64,000 nucleotides of DNA from an uncultured Acidobacteriota bacterium (GCA_963720545.1 OY970399.1:1632001-1696000); one strand, 5' to 3'; counted from the first letter of the stretch, positions 32,452-43,495 are shown. Notes: a model not told the origin generated them from the sequence alone. Translations and numbers: made by a program.

Positions 32452-33648
32452 ATGACCATGACCACCCGCAGAGAGCTGTTGCTGTCGGCACTCGGCGCCT
32501 CGAGCGCCGCGCTCCTCCCCCGCTTCGCGCGTGCCGCACAAGCCCCGGCTGCGGCCGCGGCGGCGCCGGCCAGGAACTATTCGGCGCGCGCGGTGACATT
32601 GGTCCGCGAAACGACGGTCATCGACATGCTGAGCCCGTTCTCGCTCGACTTCGACACGCTCGCGAAGTGGACCGCGAACCCGGAGATGTTCACCTCTGCC
32701 ATGCTGCAGCGCTACCTCGATTCGGGGATCAACGTCTTCCACATCGCGGTGGGCACCGGCGGCCAGAACGCCTACGACGAGACGCTGCAGTTCGTCGCCG
32801 GCTGGGACTCGTTCATCGCCGGCCAGGACGGCGCGTTAATGCGCATCGACAGCAGCGGCGACTTCGACCGCGTGAAGGCCGCACGCAAGGCCGGCATCCT
32901 GGTGGGCGTGCAGAACTCGGAGCATTTCCGCAAGCCTGACGACGTCGACCTGTTCCACGGCCTCGGGCAGCGGGTTTCGCAACTCACCTACAACAGCCGC
33001 AACCTGATCGGCGACGGCTCCACCGAGCGCACCAATGCCGGCCTCAGCGACTTCGGCGTCGCCATCGTCGAGCGCATGAACAAGGTCGGCATGGCGGTCG
33101 ACGTCTCGCATTCGGGAGAAGCCACCTCGATCGACGCCTGCACCGTCTCGAAAAGGCCGGTGCTGTTCACGCACGCGAATGCGCGCGCCCTCAACCCGAA
33201 GCAGCCGCGCTGCAAGAGCGACGAGGCGATCAAGGCGATGGCAAAGAGCGGCGGCGTCATGGGCATCACCGGCGTGCGCATGTTCGTGAAGCCGGACGAG
33301 CCCACCACCATCGAGCACGTGCTCGACCACTACGACCACGTCCGCGACCTGGTGGGCGTCGAGCACCTCGGCATCGGCAGCGACATCGACCTCGACGGCT
33401 ACGACGACATGCCGCCCGAACTCAACAAGCAGCTGCGCGCGGGCTACAAGGCGAGCTACGCGTTCCGCGACAAGATCGACATCGAGGGGCTCGACCACCC
33501 GAAGCGCGTCTACGACCTCACCGAGGGCCTGATCTCGCGCAAGTACGCGGACGAACAGATCCGCGGCATCCTCGGCGGCAACTTCCAGCGAGCGCTCGGC
33601 GAGATCTGGAAGCCGCAGCCGGCAGCGGCGGAAGCGCCGAAGAAGTAG
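32452..33648 (+). CDS. Tat-exported membrane dipeptidase (peptidase M19)
   Basis: TRRELL Tat motif; QLTYN, GLSDFG, DVSH, THAN, GIGSD, GGNF. Confidence 0.88.
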   Translation: MTMTTRRELLLSALGASSAALLPRFARAAQAPAAAAAAPARNYSARAVTLVRETTVIDMLSPFSLDFDTLAKWTANPEMFTSAMLQRYLDSGINVFHIAVGTGGQNAYDETLQFVAGWDSFIAGQDGALMRIDSSGDFDRVKAARKAGILVGVQNSEHFRKPDDVDLFHGLGQRVSQLTYNSRNLIGDGSTERTNAGLSDFGVAIVERMNKVGMAVDVSHSGEATSIDACTVSKRPVLFTHANARALNPKQPRCKSDEAIKAMAKSGGVMGITGVRMFVKPDEPTTIEHVLDHYDHVRDLVGVEHLGIGSDIDLDGYDDMPPELNKQLRAGYKASYAFRDKIDIEGLDHPKRVYDLTEGLISRKYADEQIRGILGGNFQRALGEIWKPQPAAAEAPKK

Positions 33649-33655
33649 GGCCGGC

Positions 33656-34246
33656 TCAGGAGCCGGCTTTGGTCAGCTCCTGCAGCACCAGCTTGGCGAC
33701 GCCGCGCAGCGTGTCGAAGACGCCTACGCCCTTCGATGCGACCGCCTCGATGACCGGCTCGTGGTCGCGCAGCAGGTGGCGCTTCAGGTCGTCGAGCGGC
33801 AGCGCGGTGGGCAGGTCGCGCTTGTTGAGTTGCAGCACGTAAGGCACGGCGTCGAGGTCGTAGCCCTGCAGCTTCAGGTTATGGCCGAGGTTGTCGAGCG
33901 ACTCGAGGTTCGCGTCGAGGCGCTCTTCCTGGCTGTCGGCCACGAACACCACCCCGTCGACGCCCTTGAGGATGAGCTTGCGGCTCGCGTCGTAGAACAC
34001 CTGGCCGGGAACCGTATAGAGGTGGAAGCGCGTCTTGAAGCCGCGCACCGTGCCGAGCTCGAGCGGCAGGAAGTCGAAGAACAGGGTGCGGTCGGTCTCG
34101 GTGGCGAGCGAGATGAGCTTGCCCTTGGCGTTGGGGTTGGTCTTGTCGTAGACGTACTGCAGGTTCGTGGTCTTGCCGCAAAGGCCCGGCCCGTAGTAAA
34201 CGATCTTGCAGTTGATCTCGCGCGACGCGTAGTTGATGAAGGTCAT
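33656..34246 (-). CDS. mglA: MglA small GTPase
   Basis: [41 protein letters not shown]. Confidence 0.95.
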   Translation of the reverse strand: MTFINYASREINCKIVYYGPGLCGKTTNLQYVYDKTNPNAKGKLISLATETDRTLFFDFLPLELGTVRGFKTRFHLYTVPGQVFYDASRKLILKGVDGVVFVADSQEERLDANLESLDNLGHNLKLQGYDLDAVPYVLQLNKRDLPTALPLDDLKRHLLRDHEPVIEAVASKGVGVFDTLRGVAKLVLQELTKAGS

Positions 34247-34263
34247 GGGTGCGTGGAGGTCGC

Positions 34264-34764
34264 CTACTCGCCGCTGAACAAGCTGTCGATGTCCTCGTCG
34301 GTGATCTCGGCGAACGGGCTGTCGAAGCGCCCGCTTGCCGCTTTCTCCGTCTCGAGCTTGCTCATCATCTTGGTGAAGATGTCCGTCAGCTCCACCGAAG
34401 CCTTCTTCACGCGCAGGCGCACGAGTCCGAGGCTCGAACGCTCGTCGAAGATGACCACGAGGATTACCCGCTGCGCCACCACGGAGATGTGGATGTTGTC
34501 CTTCTCGCCCTCGTGGAACAGGATCGAGAACTCCTTTTCGCCGATCAGCTTGGCGAGGCCGTCGGTCGCCGCCACGTTGCCCGCGGTCAGCGAGGCGAGC
34601 GAGGTGGTGTCGAGGTCGGCGGTGTCGCCATGCGAGGCGATCTGCTGCCCATTCTTGTCGACCAGGAAGACCACCTTGGCATTCGCATCGGCGCGCAGCT
34701 TGCCGATGACGTGCTTGATCTGGTTGAATTCCTCCTCGTACATGACGATGTCGGGAGACGGCAT
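34264..34764 (-). CDS. mglB: MglB roadblock/LC7 GTPase-activating protein
   Basis: [49 protein letters not shown]. Confidence 0.95.
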   Translation of the reverse strand: MPSPDIVMYEEEFNQIKHVIGKLRADANAKVVFLVDKNGQQIASHGDTADLDTTSLASLTAGNVAATDGLAKLIGEKEFSILFHEGEKDNIHISVVAQRVILVVIFDERSSLGLVRLRVKKASVELTDIFTKMMSKLETEKAASGRFDSPFAEITDEDIDSLFSGE

Positions 34765-34875
34765 TCGGACAGCAACCTCCAGTGATGACGGCTCGGGGGA
34801 GTCTAGCGCGCTTTGGCCGCTTCCCCGCTTCTACGCGCGTGACGGCGCTCACGCCGCGCGCGGCGGCCGGAGGCG

Positions 34876-35472
34876 CTAGAAGTCGCGCCGCCCCGATATG
34901 GAACGGGCCATCGTGACCTCGTCGGCCCAGTCGAGATCGGACCCCACCGGCACCCCCATGGCGATGCGGGTGAGCTTCGGGCCGAGCGGCCGCAGCAGGC
35001 GCGCCAGGTAGGCGGCCGTCGCCTCGCCTTCCACGGTGGGCGAGGTCGCAAGCAGCACCTCCTCCACCCCGCCCGCGCGCACGCGCTCGATGAGGCCACC
35101 GATCTTCAGGTCGTCCGGGCCCACCCCGGAGAGCGGTGAGAGCACTCCCTGCAGCACGTGGTAGCGGCCCTTGAACTCGTGGGTGCGCTCGACGCTCATG
35201 ATGTTGTGGGCTTCCTCGACCACGCAGATGAAGCGGTCGGAGCGGTTCACGTCCGAGCACCAGCCGCAAACCTCCTGGTCGGTGATGGCGTTGCAGATGC
35301 GGCACGAGCGCAGGCTGTCGAGCAGCGTGCCCACCGCGTTCGCAAGCCGCGTGGCGTCGTCCTTCGAACCCTTCAGCAGGTGGAAGGCGATGCGCTGTGC
35401 CGATTTCGGCCCGATCCCCGGCAGGCGTTTCAACTCGTCGACGAGGCGCTGCAGCGGTGCGGGAAATTCCAT
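34876..35472 (-). CDS. recR: Recombination mediator RecR
   Basis: [12 protein letters not shown]4 zinc finger, TOPRIM (CVVE, TVEGEAT). Confidence 0.96.
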   Translation of the reverse strand: MEFPAPLQRLVDELKRLPGIGPKSAQRIAFHLLKGSKDDATRLANAVGTLLDSLRSCRICNAITDQEVCGWCSDVNRSDRFICVVEEAHNIMSVERTHEFKGRYHVLQGVLSPLSGVGPDDLKIGGLIERVRAGGVEEVLLATSPTVEGEATAAYLARLLRPLGPKLTRIAMGVPVGSDLDWADEVTMARSISGRRDF

Positions 35473-35526
35473 CGCGGAGCGGCCATTCTAGACGCGCTCG
35501 CGCCGCGGTCCCTTTCTCCCTGGCGC

Positions 35527-35565
35527 AAAAAGAAACGGCCGGCGCCCTTGCGGACAGCCGGCCGT
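35527..35565 (-). terminator. Intrinsic terminator after the TonB-dependent receptor gene
   Basis: ACGGCCGGC/GCCGGCCGT stem followed on the minus strand by TTCTTTTT. Confidence 0.75.
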
Positions 35566-35606
35566 GATGCTGCGAACAGCCATGCGGGAACTCGCCCGCG
35601 GCGGCG

Positions 35607-38600
35607 CTACCAGATGAGGCGGACGCCGACCTGCGCCTGGCGCGGGTCGCCGAGGCCGGCACGGATGGTGCCGTCGAAGTTGAAGATCAGGTTGGTCGTC
35701 TGCGGCGTCAGCAGGTTCTTGCTGTTGAGCAGGTTGAACACCTCGAAGATCGGTTCGAGGGCCACACGCTCGTTGAGCCGGAACTCGCGCGACAGGCGCA
35801 GGTCGACCGACGAGTAGGTGTTGTCCTTGCGGCCGCTGTTGCGTTCGACGATGGAGCCGTCAGCGCGGATGCGGTCGGACGCCGGACCGAACGGCGTCGC
35901 CGAAATATCGCCGTTCGCGGCCAGGGACACCGGCTGCGCGGAGCGGTACGAGTAGCGCAGGTTGATGTTGACGTCGCCCGGCCCCTTCCAGACCGCGAAG
36001 CCGTTGAAGCGATGGCGCTGGTCGCGGTCGGAATAGCCGTACTCGGCGTCGAGGTTGTTGATGTTGATGTAGCGGTAGGTGAACGGGTCGCGCTCGTTGT
36101 CGTCGTCCGACTTGTCCCAGGACAGCGTGTAGTTGGCCTGGAACTGGAAGTTGTCGGCGTAGCGGCGGTTCAGCCCCAGGGTGATGCCCTTGTAGGTACT
36201 GCGCGCGTTCGACGCCACCACGGTCAGGCCGGCGCTACCGGACGTGCCCGCCGAGATGCCATTGGTGCCGCCGGGGCCGATGCCGGTGGTCCAGGGGCTG
36301 CCGAACACGGCGTCGTTGCCTTCCTGGAAGCGCGTGATGTGCTGGCCCTTGGAGTAGTTGAACTGCACCAGCGCCGCGAGGTTCGGGACCAACTCGCGTT
36401 CGACGCCGATGGAGCCCGACCAGGTGCGCGGGTTGGAGAAGTCCTTGTCGAAGACGAAGACGCCGGGATGGTCGGGTACCTCATTGGCGGCCGGGGCCGG
36501 CACCAGGCTGGTGTACGCAGGCGGGGTCACGCCGAAGCCGTTGAAGAAGCTGGCGCGGAATATGTTCTGGCCGCGGCTGCCGTTCGTGGAGCGCGACGAG
36601 GCGAGCGACAGGCCAGGAATGCGCCCGTAGAACAACCCGCCGTTGAGGCGCACCACGGTGCGGCCGTCGCCCTTGGGGTCCCAGGTGATGCCGACGCGCG
36701 GCTGGAACATCTTGTAGTCGGATGGGATCTCGCCGTTCGACGGAAATTCGAACGTGCCGAAGGCGTTCGTCACCGACTTGCCGATGAGCGGCGCGTAGAA
36801 CACTTCGGATACGGGCGTGATCATGTCCGCCTGCTTCTGCATCTCCCAGCGCAAGCCATACTGGATGGTCAGCTTGTTGTTGGGCTGCCACTTGTCCTGC
36901 GCGAACAGGGCGAACTCGGTCTGCGGGATGTCCTGGGTGCCGGCTTCGTCCGGGGTCAGGCCGCCGACGCCGACCTGCTGCAAGAAGAGGAGCAGCGGAC
37001 CGGTGATGCCGGTGCCCGCCGGGCAGGTGCCCACCTGCGACGAGGAGCCGTCCGAACACTCGACGTAGCGCGGGTTGGCGGCATAGTTCAGGAAGCCGTC
37101 GGTCGAACCGAAGATGAAGCGGCCGTTCTGGAAGCCGCGGAACGTCTGGTTCGAGTTGACGCGGTTGAACTCGGCCCCGAACTTCATCTGGTGGCGGCCC
37201 CTGATCATCGACAGGTTGTCGTTCAACTGGATGCGCTTGTCGAAGTAGTCGACCGGGATGAAGAACGGCTCGCCGAAGCGGTAGGAACGGCCAAAATCGA
37301 AAGCCGTGTCGGGCAGCGGCCGGCTCTGGCCGGTGATGGACGGGCCGTCGTAGGGCCGCGGCCGCCACTCCTTCGCCCACTGGAAGCGGAACTCGTTGAG
37401 GGTGGTCGCCGACAGGTTCGAGATGGCCGAACCGGTGACCGCGTGCGAGTAGTCCTTTTCGGTGGCGTTGGCGCTCACGCCCCACGAGTCGACGTCGAAG
37501 GTGCCGTTCTTCTGCTCTGACCAGGTGTAGTTGTAGCGCACGGTCAGGAGGGTGCTGGAGCTTGCCTGGTAGTCGATCTTGCCGAGGAACACGCGCGCGT
37601 CGTTGGTGCGCTCGATCGGGCCGTTCTCGTTCGGGCTGCCGAGGTTCGCGAAGAAGTCCACGAGGCGCTGCTCGATGCGGGTGGGGTCGGTCTGCTTGGT
37701 GCTGCTCGCGTTCTGGTAGTCGAGCGCCAGGAAGTAGAACGCCTTGTCCTTTTGCAGCGGCCCGCCGAGCGTGAAGCCGCTCTGCAGCTGGTTCGAGTCG
37801 AACTTGTCGCCCTTGGTGCCGTCGGCTTTCTTGGGCGCCGACGAGAGGCTGTCGTTCTTGAAGAAGACGTGCGCCGTGCCGTGGGTCTCGTTGGTGCCCG
37901 ACTTGGTGACGACCGTGACGAAGCCGCCGTTGCTGCGGCCGAACTCGGCGTTGGCGCCCTCGGCGACGACCACCAGCTCCTTGACCGCGTCGAGGTTGAA
38001 CGTGAACGCGGGGCGCTGGCCGCCCCGCTGTTCGCCGAAGAACGGGTTGTTGAAGTCGGCGCCGTCCACCGAGATGTTGTTGGCGATGCCCTTCTGGCCG
38101 TTGATCGACAGCTCGTCGCCGTCGGGGCCCTGCACGATCGCGACTCCCGGAGTGAGCTTGGTGAAGTCGAGGAAGTTGCGGCCGTTGTTCGGCAGGCCCT
38201 TGATCGAGCGCTGGTCGATGAGCGTCGAGCCCTCGGCGCGCGCGGTGTCGACGACCGGCAGCTCGCCGGTGACGACCACTTCTTCCTGCACCGCCGACAC
38301 CTTGAGGCTCAGCCGCAGGTTGACGGCCTGGCCGACCGCGAGGTCGATGCCTTCGCGGATGACGGTGGCGAAGCCGGTGAGCGAAGCGACCACGCGATAC
38401 GGGCCGAGCGGCAGCAGCAGGCCGCGGAAACGGCCGTCCGCATCGGTCGCCACGACGCGTTCGAAGTTGGTGCCCGTGTTGCGGATCGTGACGTTGACGC
38501 CAGGGACGGGCGCGCCTGATTCGTCGACGACCGTGCCTTCGATGACGCCGGTGGTCGCCTGGGATTGGGCAAACGCACCAGGAGCGAGGGCGCCGAGCAG

Positions 38601-38639
38601 AAGAGCGAAGGTGAGAAACACATGAAACGACTTGCGCAT
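35607..38639 (-). CDS. Oar-like TonB-dependent receptor with carboxypeptidase-regulatory-like N-domain
   Basis: Signal peptide, [50 protein letters not shown]-terminus. Confidence 0.9.
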   Translation of the reverse strand: MRKSFHVFLTFALLLGALAPGAFAQSQATTGVIEGTVVDESGAPVPGVNVTIRNTGTNFERVVATDADGRFRGLLLPLGPYRVVASLTGFATVIREGIDLAVGQAVNLRLSLKVSAVQEEVVVTGELPVVDTARAEGSTLIDQRSIKGLPNNGRNFLDFTKLTPGVAIVQGPDGDELSINGQKGIANNISVDGADFNNPFFGEQRGGQRPAFTFNLDAVKELVVVAEGANAEFGRSNGGFVTVVTKSGTNETHGTAHVFFKNDSLSSAPKKADGTKGDKFDSNQLQSGFTLGGPLQKDKAFYFLALDYQNASSTKQTDPTRIEQRLVDFFANLGSPNENGPIERTNDARVFLGKIDYQASSSTLLTVRYNYTWSEQKNGTFDVDSWGVSANATEKDYSHAVTGSAISNLSATTLNEFRFQWAKEWRPRPYDGPSITGQSRPLPDTAFDFGRSYRFGEPFFIPVDYFDKRIQLNDNLSMIRGRHQMKFGAEFNRVNSNQTFRGFQNGRFIFGSTDGFLNYAANPRYVECSDGSSSQVGTCPAGTGITGPLLLFLQQVGVGGLTPDEAGTQDIPQTEFALFAQDKWQPNNKLTIQYGLRWEMQKQADMITPVSEVFYAPLIGKSVTNAFGTFEFPSNGEIPSDYKMFQPRVGITWDPKGDGRTVVRLNGGLFYGRIPGLSLASSRSTNGSRGQNIFRASFFNGFGVTPPAYTSLVPAPAANEVPDHPGVFVFDKDFSNPRTWSGSIGVERELVPNLAALVQFNYSKGQHITRFQEGNDAVFGSPWTTGIGPGGTNGISAGTSGSAGLTVVASNARSTYKGITLGLNRRYADNFQFQANYTLSWDKSDDDNERDPFTYRYININNLDAEYGYSDRDQRHRFNGFAVWKGPGDVNINLRYSYRSAQPVSLAANGDISATPFGPASDRIRADGSIVERNSGRKDNTYSSVDLRLSREFRLNERVALEPIFEVFNLLNSKNLLTPQTTNLIFNFDGTIRAGLGDPRQAQVGVRLIW

Positions 38640-38674
38640 GGCCGCCTCCGGAAAGAGATCTTGCGGCGGCGAGC

Positions 38675-38989
38675 TTACATCAAGCCGGGTATGCGCAGGC
38701 CGCCCGTGAGGGCGCCTAATTTCTCCTTGACGGCGTCGTCCACCTGGCGGGCGGCTTCGTTGACCGCGGCGAGTACAAGATCCTGGAGCATCGCGACATC
38801 GTCCTTGCTGACGGCCTCGGGATCGATGGTGAGGCTCTTCAGGTTTTTCTGGCCGTCCATCACCACCTTGACCACGCCGCCGCCCGAGCTCGCCTCTATT
38901 TGCAGCGCCTCGATTTCGGCCTGGGCGCGCTCCTGCATCTGCTGCATCTGCTTCATGAGCTTGCGGGGATCGCCGAACGGGTTGGCCAC
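38675..38989 (-). CDS. ybaB: YbaB/EbfC nucleoid-associated protein
   Basis: MKQMQQMQ, SSGGGVVKV, LQDLVLAAVNEA, IPGLM; GTG with AGGAG RBS. Confidence 0.93.
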   Translation of the reverse strand: MANPFGDPRKLMKQMQQMQERAQAEIEALQIEASSGGGVVKVVMDGQKNLKSLTIDPEAVSKDDVAMLQDLVLAAVNEAARQVDDAVKEKLGALTGGLRIPGLM

Positions 38990-38999
38990 TGGTGTCTCC

Positions 39000-40694
39000 T
39001 TACTTGGCTTCGCGCACGTCAACGATACGCCCGCCGAACAGGTCGAGCGCCTCGCGCACCGCGGGCTCCTTCGACGCCTCGGCGATGAGCTGTTCCTTGT
39101 TCTTCGCGGCGGTGTCGACGGCGGCCGCCTCGGGCGCCGCGACGGCTCCGTCGCCGGCGATGCGCAGCTTGATCTTCCGCCCCATGGCCTCGCTCGCCAT
39201 CGTTTCGTATTCAGCGGTGTGCATCTGCGCCATCTGCACGAAGGCCGGGTCGAGGAACAGGGTGCAGACGTCGCCGGCGCTCTCGGCGCGGGCGCGGCGC
39301 AGCGGCATGGCGAGCGACGGGCGCGACGCGGTGGCGGCTTGCAGCGCCACCAGCACGTCGTCGTTGCCGACCGTGCCGGTGACCGGCGCCGACGCGGGTG
39401 GCGCTGCCGGCGCTGCGGCCGGTGCCGCACTGGCTCGGGCCGGCGCCGAAGGCGCGGCAGCGGATGCGCGCGCGGGTGCGGCGGCAGCAGGCCGGGGCGC
39501 AGGAACGGCGGCAGCAGGCCGGGGCGCAGGAACGGCGGCCGGCAGCGCGCCCGCGGTTCCCATGACCCGCGCCACCAGCTCGGCGAACGGCACCAGCCGG
39601 CGCAGGTGAGCCATCTTCATCAAGGCAAGTTCCATGGTGACCCGCTGGTCCTGCGCCTGCCGCAGGTCGGTGTCGGCCTTGGCCAGCACGTCGATCATGC
39701 GCAGCAGGTCGTCTTCCGAGAATGCGGTGGCGATGGGCTGCAGGCGCTCTCTTTCCTCGGGAAGCACCTGCGCCAGCAGCGGGCTCTCGTGAGGCGCGAT
39801 CTTCACGAGCAGGATTTCGCGGAAGTGCAGCAGCAGCTCGCGTGCGAAGTTGCGGTGGTCGGCGCCGTAGTCGGAAAGCCGCTCGACGAGGGTCAGCAAG
39901 CGCAGCGCATCGCTCGCCGCAACGGCGGAGGACGCCTCCAGCAACAGCTCGCGGTCGATGAGACCCAGCAGCGCGGTGATGTCTTCGTCGGCAATGTCGT
40001 CGCCGCTGAAGGACAGCACCTGGTCGAAGAGCGACAGCGAGTCGCGGACGCTGCCGTCGGCCGAGCGCGCGATGCGCGCCAGCGCCTCGTCCGAGACCTT
40101 GATGTTCTCGCCCGAGGCGACGGCGCGCAGGTGCGCCTGGATCTCGCGCGCGGGCACCAGACGGAAATCGTACTGCTGGCAGCGCGACAGGATGGTGTCG
40201 GGGATCTTGTGGTACTCGGTGGTGGCGAAGATGAACTTGACCCGCGGCGGCGGCTCTTCGAGCGTCTTCAGCAGCGCGTTGAAGGCGCCGGTGGACAGCA
40301 TGTGCACTTCGTCGATGATCCAGATCTTGTAGCGGTCGCGCGACGGGTTGTAGCGAGCGCTCTCGCGCAGCTCGCGCACCTGCTCGACCCCGTTGTTGGT
40401 GGCGCCGTCGATCTCTTGCACGTCGATGGCCGTGCCGGCCGCCACCTCGACGCACGACGAGCACACGCCGCACGGGTCGGGCGTCGGCGCGTCGCCGCGC
40501 GAGCAGTTGAGCGCCTTCGCGAGGATGCGGGCCGTGGTGGTCTTGCCGACGCCGCGCGCGCCCGACAGCAGGAACGCGTGGCCGATGCGGCCCGAGGCGA
40601 GCGCGTTCTTGAGCGTGCGCACCACGGTCGCCTGGCCGACGATCTCGTCGAACGTCTTCGGTCGCCACTTCCGGGCGAGAACCAGATAGGACAT
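39000..40694 (-). CDS. dnaX: DNA polymerase III subunit gamma/tau
   Basis: MSYLVLARKWRP, GARGVGKTT, IIDEVHML, LKTLEEPP, SRCQ. Confidence 0.96.
   Translation of the reverse strand: MSYLVLARKWRPKTFDEIVGQATVVRTLKNALASGRIGHAFLLSGARGVGKTTTARILAKALNCSRGDAPTPDPCGVCSSCVEVAAGTAIDVQEIDGATNNGVEQVRELRESARYNPSRDRYKIWIIDEVHMLSTGAFNALLKTLEEPPPRVKFIFATTEYHKIPDTILSRCQQYDFRLVPAREIQAHLRAVASGENIKVSDEALARIARSADGSVRDSLSLFDQVLSFSGDDIADEDITALLGLIDRELLLEASSAVAASDALRLLTLVERLSDYGADHRNFARELLLHFREILLVKIAPHESPLLAQVLPEERERLQPIATAFSEDDLLRMIDVLAKADTDLRQAQDQRVTMELALMKMAHLRRLVPFAELVARVMGTAGALPAAVPAPRPAAAVPAPRPAAAAPARASAAAPSAPARASAAPAAAPAAPPASAPVTGTVGNDDVLVALQAATASRPSLAMPLRRARAESAGDVCTLFLDPAFVQMAQMHTAEYETMASEAMGRKIKLRIAGDGAVAAPEAAAVDTAAKNKEQLIAEASKEPAVREALDLFGGRIVDVREAK
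39481..39539. repeat. 27-bp tandem repeat (2.2 copies) in the dnaX Ala/Pro linker
   Basis: gcggcagcaggccggggcgcaggaacg twice; encodes AAVPAPRPA repeats. Confidence 0.85.
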
Positions 40695-40699
40695 TGATT

Positions 40700-40870
40700 T
40701 TCGGGGGTTTCGTGCCGCGACCGGGCCCACGTGAATCCCGGCTGTCCCGCGGCACACCCAGGAGCGCCTGACCGTTGCTCCCTTCCGGGCCTGGCGGGGT
40801 TGGGGCGTCCCACGTTGCGCGGGGCCGGGATCCACGTGCGACCGGCCGCGAACTTCTAGGTTACCCCGAA
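40700..40870 (-). ncRNA. ffs: Signal recognition particle RNA (elongated stem; ends approximate)
   Basis: Helix-8 motif CAGGCCC-GGAA-GGGAGCAAC on the minus strand inside a long hairpin; conserved position upstream of dnaX. Confidence 0.9.
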
Positions 40871-41066
40871 GGCCTGCGCGGCGAGGACCGCCAGAAAAGA
40901 CTCCGACGAACGGCCCCCGCCCCTCCTCAGATACCGGGAACCGCTCGTCGCGAGACAGATTCGACCGGCTTGCGCCAGGCCGTCCATCTCATGCCGGGAA
41001 GATACGCCCGACGCCCGCGGCAAGTCTTCAGCGAGTTCTCAGGGAATCCTCAAGAGTATCGGGCGC

Positions 41067-41942
41067 TCAGCGGCTGGCGCGGCGCACCACCCAGGCGCCG
41101 AGCAGGCACAGAGCAGCGCCGGCGATGGCGAGTGGCGCGACGCGTTCGCCCAGAACGATCACGCCCAGCAGCAACGCGACGCCCGGCATGAAGAAAGTGG
41201 TGGTGGAAGCGCGGGCGGCGCCGAGGCGGCCGGCGGCCAACGCCGAGAGGACGTTGGCGATTGCGGTGCCGCCGGCGCCGAGCGCCAGGAGCGCCAACAC
41301 CGAACGCAGGGACCAGTGCCGGGCGGCGAGGACGGCCGGCACGCCCAAGGGTGCCGTCAACAACAGCGCGACCGCCTGGGCGCGCCATACGACCGGCAAC
41401 GCACCGTTGCGGATTTGCAGCGGACGGGCGAGGTTGACGGCAACACCGTAGGAAAGCACCGCAACCAGGATCAGCACGATGCCGAGAGCGCTGCTGCGGC
41501 CGGCGCCGATACCGGGCACTGCCATCGCAGCCGCGCCAAGGACGCCGAGCGCGACGCCGGCGAGCACGCCAGGCGTCGGGAAAGTGCGCGCCAGCAGGCT
41601 CGCGACGGCGACGGCGAAGATCGGTGTCGCGGCATTGAGCATCCCGGTGAGCGCGGACGAGACGTGCTGCTCGGCGAACGGAAACATGCTGAGTGGGAAC
41701 GCGAACCAGAGAAGGCCGAGGAGCGCTATACCACCGCGGTCGCTGCGCTCGACCGGTCGGCGTGCGGCCGGAACGAGTGACAAGGTGAGGAACCCGATGA
41801 GGATGCGCAGGAACGTCACGCCGTTTGGTCCCACCGACTCGAGGCCCATGGCGATGAACAGGAACGACGCGCCCCAGATGAGCCCGGGAACGATGATGAG
41901 GAGCCAGTCCGAGAAGCCGGGAGATGCGGTGCGCGCGTTCAT
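41067..41942 (-). CDS. EamA/DMT family transporter
   Basis: IWGASF, about 10 TM helices, LGE near the C-terminus. Confidence 0.88.
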   Translation of the reverse strand: MNARTASPGFSDWLLIIVPGLIWGASFLFIAMGLESVGPNGVTFLRILIGFLTLSLVPAARRPVERSDRGGIALLGLLWFAFPLSMFPFAEQHVSSALTGMLNAATPIFAVAVASLLARTFPTPGVLAGVALGVLGAAAMAVPGIGAGRSSALGIVLILVAVLSYGVAVNLARPLQIRNGALPVVWRAQAVALLLTAPLGVPAVLAARHWSLRSVLALLALGAGGTAIANVLSALAAGRLGAARASTTTFFMPGVALLLGVIVLGERVAPLAIAGAALCLLGAWVVRRASR

Positions 41943-42010
41943 CGATAGGTAAAAGGATAATGTCCGAAAACCGCGAGCGGAAAACGCCTGAACGTGAGAA
42001 CGTGGCGGAG

Positions 42011-43495
42011 ATGGACCTGCTCGACCGACGCGCCTGCTACCGCGCCTTGCAAACCCACGACGCGCGCTTCGACGGCCGCCTCTTCTTCGGCGTGACTTCG
42101 ACCGGGATCTACTGCCGGCCGGTGTGTCCGGGACGTGCGCCGAAGTTCGAGAACTGCGTCTACTTCGCGTCGGCGGCCGCGGCGCAGGCCGCCGGCTTCC
42201 GGCCATGCCTGCGCTGCCGGCCCGAAACGGCGCCCGACCTCGCGTCGTGGCACGGCACCTCCAACACCGTCTCGCGCGCGCTGGCACTCATCGCCGATGG
42301 CGCTCTCGACGGCGGCGACGCCGGTGTCGCGGCGCTCGGCGAGCGGCTCGGCGTCGGCGATCGGCAGCTGCGCCGCTTGTTCGCGCAGCACCTCGGCGCA
42401 TCACCAGTGGCGGTGGCGCAGACTCGGCGCATCCTGTTCGCGAAACAACTGCTGCAGGAAACCCGCATGCCCATGGCTGCGGTGGCCATGGCCTCCGGCT
42501 TCGGCAGCATCCGCCGCTTCAACGAGACGTTCCGCACGATGTTCCGCCGCGCGCCGAGCGCGCTGCGCCGACTCGACCGCATCAAGGAACCGGCCGGTCC
42601 CGTGGCCGAGGTGGGTGTGACGCTGCGGCTGCGCTACCACCCGCCTTACGACTGGACCGCGATGCTCGGCTATCTCGACGCCCGCGCGGTGGCGGGCGTC
42701 GAACATGTGGAACGCGGCGTCTATCGCCGCGCGGTGACGGACTCCGGCAAGCTCGGCACCGTCGAGGTTCGCCACGAACCGGCGGCGCACAACCTGGCGA
42801 TGACCGTGCGCTTCCCTGAAGTGCGCTCTCTGCCGGCAATCGTCGCGCGCGTGCGGCGCGTGTTCGACCTCGGCGCCGACATCGCGACCATCGAGACGCA
42901 CCTGTCGCAAGACCCGTTCCTGGCGCCCCTCGTCGCGATGCATCCCGGCTTGCGGGCGCCGGGCGGATGGGACGGCTTCGAGCTCGCGGTGCGCGCCGTC
43001 CTCGGCCAGCAGATCTCCGTGGGCGCCGCGCGCATTCTGGCCGGCAAGCTGACGGCGCTTTGCGGCGAGCCACTGAAGGCGCCGAGCGGCTTCCCCGCCA
43101 TCACGCGCGCCTTCCCCACCGCGAAGCGCGTGGCCGCCGCCGACCTGCGTGCGCTCGGCATGCCGCAATCGCGCCGCGACGCGCTGCTCGCGCTGGCGCA
43201 GGCCGCGATGGACGACCCGCAGCTCTTCAAGCCGTTCGGCACGGTGGAAGAGGCGATCGCGCGGCTGCGCCAGATTCACGGCGTCGGCGAGTGGACCGCG
43301 CAGTACATCGCGCTGCGGGCGCTGCGGGAAACCGATGCCTTCCCGGCAAGCGACATCGGCCTGCTGCGCGGCGCCGCCGATGCGGGCGTGCGTCCGCTGC
43401 CCGCGCAACTGCTCGAGCGCGCCGAGCCGTGGCGCCCGTGGCGCGCGTATGCTGCGCAGCATCTGTGGGCCGCCGACCAGGGAGTGTCTCGATGA
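42011..43495 (+). CDS. alkA: Ada-Zn/AraC-AlkA DNA-3-methyladenine glycosylase fusion (start may be 41960)
   Basis: TGIYCRPVC, FRPCLRC, SGFGSIRRFN, GQQISV, GVGEWTA, WRPWRAYAA. Confidence 0.9.
   Translation: MDLLDRRACYRALQTHDARFDGRLFFGVTSTGIYCRPVCPGRAPKFENCVYFASAAAAQAAGFRPCLRCRPETAPDLASWHGTSNTVSRALALIADGALDGGDAGVAALGERLGVGDRQLRRLFAQHLGASPVAVAQTRRILFAKQLLQETRMPMAAVAMASGFGSIRRFNETFRTMFRRAPSALRRLDRIKEPAGPVAEVGVTLRLRYHPPYDWTAMLGYLDARAVAGVEHVERGVYRRAVTDSGKLGTVEVRHEPAAHNLAMTVRFPEVRSLPAIVARVRRVFDLGADIATIETHLSQDPFLAPLVAMHPGLRAPGGWDGFELAVRAVLGQQISVGAARILAGKLTALCGEPLKAPSGFPAITRAFPTAKRVAAADLRALGMPQSRRDALLALAQAAMDDPQLFKPFGTVEEAIARLRQIHGVGEWTAQYIALRALRETDAFPASDIGLLRGAADAGVRPLPAQLLERAEPWRPWRAYAAQHLWAADQGVSR

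Noticed and set aside
33656..35662. Apparent 668-aa ORF with a long N-terminal extension on MglA
   Set aside because: The extension overlaps mglB and recR in other frames; MglA starts at 34246 (MTFINY)
39000..40694. Programmed -1 frameshift producing DnaX gamma
   Set aside because: No A-AAA-AAG or poly-A slippery site seen on the coding strand
40923..40933. ctcctcagata, an 11-nt match to the tRNA-Asn 3' region
   Set aside because: Too short, lacks the CCA end and lies on the wrong side of the tRNA for an att site
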